Source: Octopus sinensis (taxonomy: Eukaryota). From it: 64,000 nucleotides of DNA. The stretch spans positions 15,314,001 to 15,378,000 of the forward strand of contig NC_043002.1 in assembly GCF_006345805.1 (NCBI RefSeq), read 5' to 3'. Position numbers and translations under genes: made by a program. This document shows, in pieces, positions 1-10,807 of the stretch. The notes under the pieces were generated by a model. The model ran no database searches, had not been told where the DNA came from, and saw only the letters and a program-made list of their open reading frames with translations. Within the stretch, counting starts at the first letter, position 1; every line of letters starts with the position of its first letter.

Positions 1-480
1 ATTGTAGAAATAAATTTTGATGTTTACTCTGGATATTTTGAAAGGCAGTCCATAACAGGAAAATGTATACGAATAGATCACGCCGGAGTAATTTTCAGAG
101 AATGGAAGTACTGTGAGATGTATAAAGCGTATATGAGGGATAAGGATGAGGTTCGTATTATCTTAGTTTCTGAGGAATTTTTGAAGCACAGAATATTGTA
201 ACCGATATATTATGATGAACATCTCCCTGTTCTTGTTTTGCTGCTTGTAACTAAATGATACCATCAAACAATAATTATTCATGTTACTTGTTGATAGCAT
301 GAGATATATTTTGCTACTGTTTGCAGAATGGGTTATTATGTGTGTTACGAGATCTCATATGCTCAGCACGGCGAGCTTCTGACTGGTTTTTCAGCGGCAC
401 TATCATATTGTCTTATAATACTGACATCATTTTGATTATAAAGAATAATCGGTTTCATGATTGTTATAAGCTACATGATA

Positions 481-620
481 TATGCGTGTGTGTGTGTGTA
501 CATGTAAGTATAATAATTCCTACAGAAATACAGAGACCTATGTACGTATGTATGTATGTATGACTGTATGTATGTATTTATGTGTATGTATGTGTGTACG
601 TACGTTCGAATTAATCTATC

Positions 621-652
<32 letters not shown>

Positions 653-700
653 TGTATGTATGTATGTATGTTTGAGTGTGAGTGAGTGTGAGTATGTGTA
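481..700. repeat. Compound microsatellite (TG)n/(TATG)n/(TGAG)n
   Basis: Direct reading; source of the YVCM/HTYI ORFs. Confidence 0.95.
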
Positions 701-1769
701 TACATACACTGGCACTTAAGCACGCACAATTACATATGTATCTACATGTGTTGTGCGCCCAGGTAGATTTTGAAATAGATATGATTATATACTCATATAT
801 ACACACACAAAAGAACAAAGAGCACATGGTTGGAAAACGTATAATAATTTAACTTGAAACCTAAACGAGAATATAAATAGGGAGAATGTGTTTGTTTTAT
901 TTCAGATTATACGATATCGATCAACGTTATTCATTGCAATAATTCTAGATAGTATATACGATATGTAGTGAGAATTTCAAACGAAAATATTTATTGAAAT
1001 AGGTAAAACATATTGTAATTTTATTCATGGTGTATAATAAATATTCGTTATTTTATTTTCAGTGTTTGTTTGCTTTTTGGCTCAGCATTCAAAAGAGCTA
1101 AAATTTAATTAAAATAAAATGGCCTGTTAAACACGCAAATTTCGAACAAAGACTGGAGAATAAATAATAACTGCACCCTCAAATCATTTAATAAAATCTA
1201 AATTGGATGGGAATAAACTTATATTGTTTATGTTTACTTCTTGAACATTTGCAATGCATTGAATACAACTGTCTGAGTTTATTATTGAGAAGAGAATGTG
1301 CAGCAGTCTGAAATAGAATTATAGTGTGTAAGAATGTCACTACAAAACATGTATAGTAGTAACTCAATGTAAAGTGAGGCAAAACTAAAGCAAAAAATGA
1401 ACAATGGATTTCATTTTAAATTCGTATTTCAATATTTCTGATTTACAAAAGATTTGTCAATAAATTGGTGGTCGAGTTAGCTGCGTGTAAGCAGATATAA
1501 ATAGAGTTATTTTTCGAAGTCTCATATTGTTGAGGACTGCTAAAGAAGGCACTGACAGGTAGTGTTAAACCAAACATTCAGCGTTGCTGAGTTTGTATTT
1601 AATACTAATAAACGTTTTACTTTATTGAGAAGATACTATCTTTATAGTTAAATGTGTTTTGTCATTTTGTCTGATGCTAGTGATAGGATTATCTCTCTTG
1701 AACTTGCCACTCTCCTTTTTCTATTTTAACTGTGGCAACATTTGTATATACTTCTCTAAAGATAGTAAA

Positions 1770-1837
1770 GATAGTAAAGAAATAAGGAACAATAACGCAC
1801 TGAGAAGTGCGTTATTGTTCCTTATTTCTTTACTATC
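1770..1837. repeat. Perfect 32-bp inverted repeat with 4-nt loop at a SINE 3' end
   Basis: gatagtaaagaaataaggaacaataacgcact-gaga-agtgcgttattgttccttatttctttactatc; arms are exact reverse complements. Confidence 0.95.
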
Positions 1838-2054
1838 CACAAGAGGCTAAAAACAGAGGGGACAAACAAGGACAGACAAAGAGATTAAGTCGATTAATTC
1901 AACCCCGGTGCGTAAGTGGTACTTATTTAATCGACCCCGAAAGGATGAAAGGCAAAGTCGACCTCGGCGGAATTTGAACTCAGAACGTAGCGGCAGACGA
2001 ATTACCGCTAAGCTTTTCACCCGGTGTGCTATAATTTCTGCCAGCTCGCCGCCT
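1821..2054 (-). mobile_element. tRNA-derived SINE, family A (full length)
   Basis: Minus strand reads GGCGGCGAGCTGGCAGAA (A-box-like)...GTTCTGAGTTCAAATTCC (B-box-like), then GTCGACTTTGCCTTTCATCCTTTCGGGGTCGAT and tail AGTAAAGAAATA; eight related copies in the window. Confidence 0.92.
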
Positions 2055-3082
2055 TTATTGTTCGTTATTGTTTCTATCGATACAACATCTGCCACATCTG
2101 CTAGAAATTAAATATTTTGTTGCACAAAAACCTTCCCATATGTTACATGGCCATTCTTGTGTCTCTATAAAATTTAGGCAAATGTGTACTTTTCCTGTAA
2201 CCAATATTTTATCGCTGTTTTAAAGTTGCCATTATCAGGTGTACATCTTATGTCAGGGGTATATATTGCCATTACGACTGGTGTACATCTTACCATTATG
2301 ACAGGCGTGCATCTTGCGTTCGCTGTTCAAACATTTATGATCTACCAGATTTCTGTCGCATCCTGTTTAGTACACCACATAAGCTGCAAGCATTTGTATA
2401 TATTGTTGATGAGTTAAGTGACATATCTATGCAAAACCTCTTACGCACACTCACGATCACGTAGGCACACATAGGTATACACACACAGCCAAAAACAAAC
2501 ACGCGCGCACACACACGGGGAAAGAGTGTGTTCTTGTGTCTGTAAGAATAGTGAAATAATTTGACGCCAGGCGAATACACTATTACAAATTTAATAAATT
2601 GCCCAAATCAAATAACACCTTATACATATTTATTGTCTCTCCACAAGAAGATAGCAGAGGATTGCCATCTACATATCTGAGGAGACAGCTGGAGACATTA
2701 CAGTTGACAAATATATTGTGCTGTAGCATATAAAAACATTATGTTTGTTTAACATGTTAACATTTACATAGTGAGAATGAAAAAATATTTTCTGTATCTA
2801 TGTTCAAGTTGAATCAAAAGTATTTGCATAAGATTTTGTTTGAAATAACGGTTTTAAAATAAAGTTAATCCGAAAGCGCGTTACAGAACAAAGGAAGCTA
2901 CTCAAAAAGATGTACTCCTGTATAGATCACAATCGGAAACTTAGGATCGGAGTTACACATGGAGGCAAGAATTTTAACAATAGGAGTTAATAATAGGTTT
3001 ACATTTGAGGACGAATATAGGCTTATTGCCGACTACGAACACTAGTAATAAAATTCAGTTTCTAAAGAACTACATAACACTC

Positions 3083-3313
3083 TTATTTCTTGATTGCCCA
3101 CAAGAGGCTAATCATACTGAGGACAAACAAGGTCAGTCAAAGGGATTAAGTCGATTACATCGACGCCAGTGCGTAACTGGCACTTAATTTGGCGATTCCA
3201 AAAGGATGAAAGGCAAAGTCGACCTAGGCGGAATTTGAACTTAGAAAGTAACGGTAGACGAAATGCCGCGAAGCATTTCGCCCGGCCTGCTAACGTTTCT
3301 ACCAGCTCGCCGC
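3083..3313 (-). mobile_element. SINE family A copy
   Basis: Colinear with 1821-2054. Confidence 0.9.
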
Positions 3314-3829
3314 TGGCAAAAGGTTTTCACCTGCGCTAGTACAATTCTGAAAATATAAGGTCACCATATTTACCTAAAGATTACATGTACGCATACATAC
3401 ATGTAATTTCTATGAGGTATTGCACAACCGTAGCAATACCTCATTCCGTAAATGAAGCGGCCAAATAACAACATGACTACCCATGTTCAAAAACTTTAGC
3501 GAGACACGACTTTATGAATGAATGTACCAAATGTGACCCACACTGTAAGATTGATGCAACATGATATGATATATAGCACCCCACCCATAAAGGACAGTAG
3601 CAGGATGGGTTGAAACGATCGTCGTACAAAATAAAGACTTATACCAAATCTATTTTCCGTTTACTTAAACAGATATTACCTCAACACTGCGGAATTCCTG
3701 AAAGCGAAGTAAAGCAAATTAACCCCAAATGCGAATGACACCACGTAGCTGAGACTAGATCAGTGCTTTACTAAATGCATCAACGCTCTAATTGACATGT
3801 ACACATTAGTCCATAATTTTACATGAAAC

Positions 3830-3960
3830 ACACACATACACATATACACATACACATACAAACACATACACGCGCAAATACACACACAAACACGCACAAA
3901 CACAGACATACACACACAGATACACACAAACACACACACACACATGCACACTCACGCACA
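3830..3960. repeat. (CA)n-rich microsatellite
   Basis: Direct reading. Confidence 0.9.
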
Positions 3961-4194
3961 TGTATTTCAAAAGGTACGTAAAGATAAGTAAAATATTGCC
4001 CGGCCATGCGCACACGCATGTCGTCTATGTCTCTCCCTTAGCCGAGAGATACTAACCTTGCGAGCCTGAGGTTGTTGGTGTAACGTAAAAGCAATCACGT
4101 CCTTCCCGTTTAAAAGCTCCCATGCTTGTTCATGTTATAGCGTCCATACCTGTTCTATAGTAAAGCGTCCTTGCCGGTACCACTTTAGACTCAA

Positions 4195-4365
4195 CCAGTA
4201 TACACTGTAAAGGGGTTGGTTTTAGAAACGGAATCCACCCGCTGCAACGTTGTTAATACAGACAAATTTGAGCCGAGCATCTCTCCAGCTCTCCAGATTC
4301 TCTTAAGTAGTCCTCCCCATGCCAGTATGGAAAACAGACTTTAAACGATGATGATGATGATGATT
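4195..4365 (+). mobile_element. Decayed retroposon 3' tail ending in (GAT)n, probably RTE-related
   Basis: ...ccccatgccagtatggaaaacagactttaaacgatgatgatgatgatgat; short-repeat 3' tail typical of RTE LINEs and their partner SINEs; family recognised from memory only. Confidence 0.5.
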
Positions 4366-5433
4366 ATATTTACACATAAATGACATTGCCCATTCAAGAG
4401 AAGGATTTAAGTAAGAATTATTTCTGTAGCACATTATGAATTTTCTGTTCCATTATCGTGGAAACATCTTACACATGGTATAGAAATGCTGCTTAACGTT
4501 GGTAAATGATACAAGATACATGGAATATTCATCGGAATTAGACTTTTGTGGATGGCGACCAAATAATACAAAGAATCATTGATTAGTATCTATAGCCCCT
4601 CAAGCAGAAACTGAAATTTACGATATTTAAATACCAGAAAAGCCGTATGGCGGAAATGTTCCTCAATGTATTATTATGGACTACGAAAGAAAGATAAAAG
4701 AATTCAGACACTTGGAATATTTCTATATGCTTCTTTGCAGTATGGCACTAGAAGTATTAGTATTTACTTGCGTTCGCTCTTTATATCCGCGCTCCTGTCC
4801 AAAGGAATATTACAACCATTGAGCATTTACTATGTTTAAATTCAGCGTTGGGTGATATTATCCACTTCAACACATCCCATTGATGAGTTATGAGTTTAAT
4901 ATTTGAATTAACTTTTATTCTTTGTCCGACATTCACGGACATCGTTAATTCTGTTCATCGCCATCATCGGCATAGCCATAACCAACGCATCGTCGATAAC
5001 ATTAACTTCCTTCACACACAACGCCCTTCACACACATGCACGCAAATGTACATATGCATGTGTGTGGAGTGTGTATTTATATGCATATAGATATATATGT
5101 GTGTGTGTATTTGTGTGCTTGTTCGTGTGTGTGTACATATAAATATGTGTGCATTTGTAAGTGTAGGCCACATAAAAATATTCTACTACGCTGTAGCTCG
5201 TCTAGCTACAGTTATTAAACAATCACCCTGAAAATAGATTTTATTCTCCGATATATGTATGTACGTATACATATATTAGCATGTGCAGAAGTTACTCTAT
5301 GGATTATGGAAGTGGTCTTAATACCAGTCAATATTCACTCAAACCATTCTACTGTTCTTGTGTATCTATTCATAAAAGTAATCCATTTTCCTCTCTCTAT
5401 ATATATATATTTCTCTCTTTCTCTATCTGCCTC

Positions 5434-5473
<40 letters not shown>

Positions 5474-5476
5474 TAA

Positions 5477-5914
5477 ATTAGAGATAAAACCAATATTAGG
5501 CAAATCAAACAATGAAAAACCTAAGCCAATACATAAAATTAATTAATTTATATTATTTTAAATACTAAAAGTTTAATAAAAGATAATGAGTAAAACACTA
5601 TGATCGTTTCATGGCTGTCCAATTCGTAATAATTCGAGTTATGGTTACAGTCAATCTTCAGGTAATTGAAATATCTAAAATATAATCAGAAATATTTAAA
5701 CCCGCCCTGTTCCTAGCCACATTCAGATGGCTGATCCCCCTTATGTTATAGAGCAGTTACTGTCTATATCTCGCTAATAATATAATAATTTTACTTATAA
5801 TAAACTCTATTATCATACTAGAAACATAGAACCTAACAATTATGATTATATCAAAATCGACTATAATTTAAATCTGATTTTTCCCTGTAAGTTTGGATTT
5901 ATTCCCTAATATTT

Positions 5915-5915
<1 letters not shown>
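5477..5915. mobile_element. Penelope-like element fragment with internally inverted segments
   Basis: 5477-5690 is homologous to 15405-15560; 5800-5915 is the reverse complement of the 15325-15400 terminus; hammerhead core present; bounded by (TA)n on both sides. Confidence 0.65.
5593..5667 (-). ncRNA. Degenerate type I hammerhead ribozyme motif
   Basis: Minus strand: AAUUAC-CUGAAGA-UUGACUGU...ACAGCCAU-GAAAC-GAUC-AUA-GUGUUU; G16.2 replaced by A, imperfect stems. Confidence 0.6.
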
Positions 5916-5961
<46 letters not shown>

Positions 5962-6105
5962 GAGAGACAGACAGAGATCATATGTAGTATCATATAGAGT
6001 ACTGTAGTGATATTTATGTCGTCATAACTCATGGCATTTTGTTACTAATTGATTAAGTTCTATTTAAATTTTATAACAGCGAATTTATTATACTATTTTT
6101 TACAG

Positions 6106-6152
6106 TTAACAGCTATCTTGTATCTCTGCCTGATCTCCAGAAGGTAGCATAT
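6106..6152 (+). CDS. Candidate exon (xNSYLVSLPDLQKVAY), unidentified gene
   Basis: ttttttacag acceptor; gtacgt donor (alternative donor after 6143); one open frame. Confidence 0.3.
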
Positions 6153-6535
6153 GTACGTATATTTCATCAAAACATTCTATTACACATTATTTGTATATTA
6201 CATATATATGTACATAATTCCGCATCTGTTAAATATAGAACCGTAATATTCTAATATACTTTCTTCTGCTGAGTTGACTTCCATGGTGGAAACTGTAAAC
6301 AACCGAAAGAAATGCGTTTCAGCAAATTCTTATTTCCTCTCTCTGCTGTCTATGTATTCTTTTAGTTGTTTCCGTAATAGTACTTGGGTCAAGTTTGATC
6401 ACCACTTTGAAGGGTTCCGTCGAGCAAATCGATCCAAATACTTAGTTAGAAGTTTGTAGTAATGCTACAGGTCTCTATAATCACAGCCTGTTTGTCTAGG
6501 GTTGGTGAGCAACAAGTACAACACAGATCCACAAA

Positions 6536-6942
6536 GAGGCACAATAGCCCAGTGGTTCGTGTAGCGGACTCGCGGTCGGAGGATCGCGGTTTCGATTCCC
6601 AGACCGAGCGTTGTGTGTGTTTATTGAGTGAAAACACCTAAAATATGCACGAGGCTCCGGCAGGGGAATGGGGTGGCGACCCCTGTTGTGCTCTGTCGCT
6701 CCAACTTCCTTTCACTCTTTCTTCCTGTTTCTTGTCCCCGATTTTCTACGCAACCGCTGAGCCTGGATGCGCATTCATCCATCCGCCGATACTCTCGGTG
6801 TCGGGGGTTGACCTGCTTTCTCTTCTGCGGGTCTTCCGAATAGCAAAGGACCACGTTTCGAACTTCTCTCACTACAGAGGCGCGATCTTGCGAGCTCTGG
6901 GACGAAGACCGCTTCGCTCAACAAACAAACAAACAAACAAAC
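6536..6942 (+). mobile_element. tRNA-derived SINE, family C, tail type 1 ending (AAAC)n
   Basis: Head GCCCAGTGGTTCGTGTAGCGGACTCGCGGTCGGAGGATCGCGGTTTCGATTCCC; near-TSD aacacagatccac (6520-6532) / aacacagacccac (6944-6956). Confidence 0.9.
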
Positions 6943-7057
6943 GAACACAGACCCACGCGCAAACACACATACACATACACAAGCACCAACAAACACATAT
7001 ACACATTTAAACTTTCATCCCTGTAAAATATCCTCACATTATTTGTTTTCTGTTCAG

Positions 7058-7083
7058 GTCGTCAGTTTTGTTGCAAAACTAAG
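7058..7083 (+). CDS. Candidate 26-nt exon (VVSFVAKL), unidentified gene
   Basis: atttgttttctgttcag acceptor and AAG|gtatgt donor. Confidence 0.35.
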
Positions 7084-8674
7084 GTATGTTCGGTTTAGAT
7101 TTTATTTCTACACTTTTCTGCTCTTCAAATCATACGTGTGAAAGAAGCAAATGTTTCTGAACTTGAAGAATGGTGAAATCGTTATTTAGAATGTTTATTA
7201 TTTTGATTTTAGTTGGTTTCCTTTTAATATATAACGTAAGTAATTTAATATTTAACATAAATAAAATCCAGTGATATGAGAGACATGACAATGGAAATAA
7301 TACATATATTAAAATTCATATTATTCTTTCGCGAATGCCATGTTGATCGCAAGAAAACAGCAAATATATATACGGATAAAATAACCAACCAAAAGTAAAA
7401 TTTCACATATATGAAAGAGCGCATTTATTAATGTAATAAACAATTACGATTTTGAGAAAAAAAAAGCTTTCTAGAAAGCAGTTGCTCATAATCTGAAATT
7501 TTAATATCGCCATATCTTATGATATTAACTTCTCTTGCAATTGTGCCTGCTGTTGAAAAATTTTAATATAATATAGTTAAAATAAATATATGATATTTTT
7601 CATGTATTCTTTATATAAATATATATATTTTATTCACGTCATTTCCTCTATTTAATTGTGTTACATTTTCTATAAAATAATGCATTTGAATTAAAGGAAA
7701 CAAAGACATTTTACGAAAACAATAGCGATATTCGCATATCTTTATTACGAAATGTCCATGTTCGTCATTTATTTCTGTTAAAAATCAGTAGTAAAATACA
7801 TATATGTATTTAAAAATATTTTTGGTATGACTTCAATATCTTCTTCAAGCATCATTTGAAAACGTTATAGTCTTCTAACCTGAGCACAGGGGTACCTATT
7901 AAACCTGAAACGAAATTGAACTGGAGCCATAATGAACGAACACGAATTGACTGGAAGATGTTTTAATGTATAAAGTTAAAACGTTTTTTGTCAAGTAAAA
8001 GATGTTCGTATTTAAAGTTTGATAGATCTGTCGAGTTAAATATGGTGAACAAAAGCAACTTATACCGCACGTTGTACAAATTAAAACTACCACTGTATTT
8101 TTGCGTTTGTTTTTCTCTTTCTTCTGTAACACTGCCACAGCGTGTGAACCGATTAGATTCTATATTTTGTATGCCGTAAAGTTATTTAAAAGGCATTTTG
8201 CAAGAGATTGGACTAAAATATATTAATGACAAGGCTATTTGATGTTAACGAAGATAGCCTAAATATTATGCATAATTATCATCAAATGTGTATAGAATAA
8301 TATTACTGGAATTTTCAAAATTTCTCTCTTTCGGAGTGAAATGGTCAAAAACTAGCCTGGTCAGTGTTTTGAACTGATTTATAGAGCATTTTCGACAATT
8401 GGAGCAAATTATACTTGGGCTGGGAACTATGAACAGATGTATTTTATTTTACGAAATATGGGGTGAATACGCATGGAAAATTCGGCATAGATTTGTATGT
8501 ATTGACTACGTTAGGTGTGGGTAATTAACCATATTAATATATGCGTTAAAGGGTTCATTCAATACGAATATATTGGGCAGAGTATAATTAAGTAGAAGTC
8601 GGTAATAAGTTTATATCAATAGAGACGGATTACTTAAGATCGAGGCAAATTACTTTCATGTTTCTATATTAAAG

Positions 8675-8746
8675 ATACAATTAGAGTATCATACTAATGA
8701 TGAATCATATGATAAACAACACAATATCATGGCATCTCTTTCTGAG
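8675..8746 (+). CDS. Candidate 72-nt exon (IQLEYHTNDESYDKQHNIMASLSE)
   Basis: tttcatgtttctatattaaag acceptor, GAG|gttagg donor, open phase 0 to 0. Confidence 0.3.
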
Positions 8747-8871
8747 GTTAGGATTGATACACCCCTACACATATCGGTTACCATGCTTACAATCATACCT
8801 CAGGATTTTGAATGTTTTATGAGTCTATAACGCCTCTTCATTTAACTATTCATCGAGGCTGAGAACATTGT

Positions 8872-9219
8872 GGCATACAGTACTAGCTTACTGATTTCTT
8901 CGGGGCATATAGCACTAGCTTACTCATTTCTTCGGGGCATATAGCACTAGCTTACTGATTTCTTCGGGGCATATAGCACTAGCTTACTGATTTCTTCGGG
9001 GCACATAGCACTAGCTTACTGATTTCTTCGGGGCACATAGCACTTGCTTACTGATTTCTTCGGGGCATATAGCACTAGCTTACTCATTTCTTCGGGGCAT
9101 ATAGCACTAGCTTACTCATTTCTTCGGGGCATATAGCACTAGCTTAATGATTTCTTCGGGGCATATAGCACTAGCTTACTGACTTCTTCGGGGAATATAG
9201 CACTGGCTTACTGACTTCT
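8872..9219. repeat. 32-bp minisatellite, about 10.5-11 copies
   Basis: Unit ACTAGCTTACTGATTTCTTCGGGGCATATAGC recurring every 32 bp from 8882 to 9202, no spacers. Confidence 0.97.
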
Positions 9220-10061
9220 AAGATTTCATTCTTTATGTAGTCTTAGCGAAGTTATAACCATAGTAATTTAGGGATTTGGGAGAGTATCTCACGTTAATTT
9301 ATTATCAGCACCTAGATCTAACCTGTCAATTCCCAGCGCTTTTAGATCTTAGTTGACGTAGTATGCTAGATGCATTAGCTCTTTTGATGGTGATAAGGAG
9401 ATAGATGAATGTAGCTATAACACCATCTCATAACCCCCATCGTTATTCTCTTCTGCTACACCAAATTACAGTTGGGATATTTTCTCCCTAAGTAATATCA
9501 GCAACCAAGCAATTCTTTTATTCTCTACGTCTGATGAAATATTTGCTAAAAACATTTTAAAGGAGTGTACCGTATATTGAAAACGTATATGGTCTTATGC
9601 ATCCGAAGAAGGTGGTGTATTTTGAATTGATGTAATGCTTGCATTGTTCAATTAAATGCAGCCGCCTGAAACGGCCGTAATGGACTAATGCCTTGATATC
9701 GTTGTTACTTATTTCCTTTTTATTCACCTTGCTTCGAGCTGTGCGGTTAATATCGGATTGACTTGGTGTCTCAAGTACCTAATTCAACTGAATATTAATT
9801 ATTTCTATATATATGTATATGTATATATATATAAATATGTGTGTATGTGTGTGTGTGTGTCTGCGTGTGTACATACATAGTATCGAGATATGAAACAGCT
9901 GTAAAGAAATGAACTATAACCTTGCATCTAACTTCACTTCTCTGATACCTTGTATATCTAAATCTTTATCTATTTATCTCCATCTATCCCTAAACCTAAC
10001 TCTCTCTCTCTCACTCTCTCTCTCTTTCTCTCTCTCTGCCTACACCATCATTATTCTCTAC

Positions 10062-10648
10062 TTTGCTCCGACCCCACCTTGAGTACTGTTGCCTACTGTG
10101 GTTCACCTATACGAAGCAATTCATTATGAATGTAGGAGCACTCCAGAGGTCAGAAACGAAAAATAGACGATATGAGACATTGATTGTTGGGGTCGACTAA
10201 TAGAATTCAACCTCTACTCTCTCCAGCGCCACCGGGAGCTCTACACATCTGTGTTATGTGGAAAATATTACATCAATATTGCACAAATGTTGTTGGTACC
10301 GATTTTAAAATCTGTCCCAGATTGGCCCCCGTAGTATCCATCCACTACAGAAATCGACCTCGGTACACATAGTAACAATACGTAAGAATTACTTTACTTC
10401 AACCGGTCCTGCTCTCTTTAATACCATACCAAAATACGCCAAAACGGAAACAAATCCCATAAAATTCAAATGTTCACAGGACGAATTTCTTCAAAATATC
10501 CCGTAACAACCTCGTACACCGAGATATGTCTCCAACAATAAAAAACTCTTTGATAGAGTGGGCTATGATGACTTCACCAGGTGTTGCAGTTGAGTTAGAC
10601 ATGGCCCGGGCCTATACTGCCCGAAACCTATCAAAGATATCAAAGTTA
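10062..10648 (+). mobile_element. CR1-clade LINE 3' fragment (RT C-terminus plus 3' UTR), decayed
   Basis: LLRPHLEYCCLLW...LYSLQRHRE...GPALFNTIPK...DEFLQNIP...NKNSLIEWA; ends in a stem-loop and a TATCAAAGA repeat. Confidence 0.85.
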
Positions 10649-10649
10649 T

Positions 10650-10737
10650 ATATTTGTATATATATATATATATATACACACACACGTATATATATATTCA
10701 TAACTATATATATGCATATTTATATATACATATATGC

Positions 10738-10805
<68 letters not shown>
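10650..10805. repeat. (TA)n microsatellite
   Basis: Direct reading. Confidence 0.95.

Positions 10806-10807
<2 letters not shown>

Noticed and set aside
3412-3444. let-7-like microRNA (TGAGGTA start)
   Set aside because: Only 7 nt match, and a 12-bp stem is too short for a pre-miRNA
6546-6610. tRNA genes at SINE heads
   Set aside because: A/B-box-like heads continue into SINE bodies and lack a complete cloverleaf with acceptor stem
8872-9219. CRISPR-like array (32-bp unit)
   Set aside because: Units are contiguous with no spacers, there are no cas genes, and the context is eukaryotic
9525-9592. Hammerhead candidate CUGAUGA...GAAAACGUA
   Set aside because: Extra A disrupts stem III and no stem I can form
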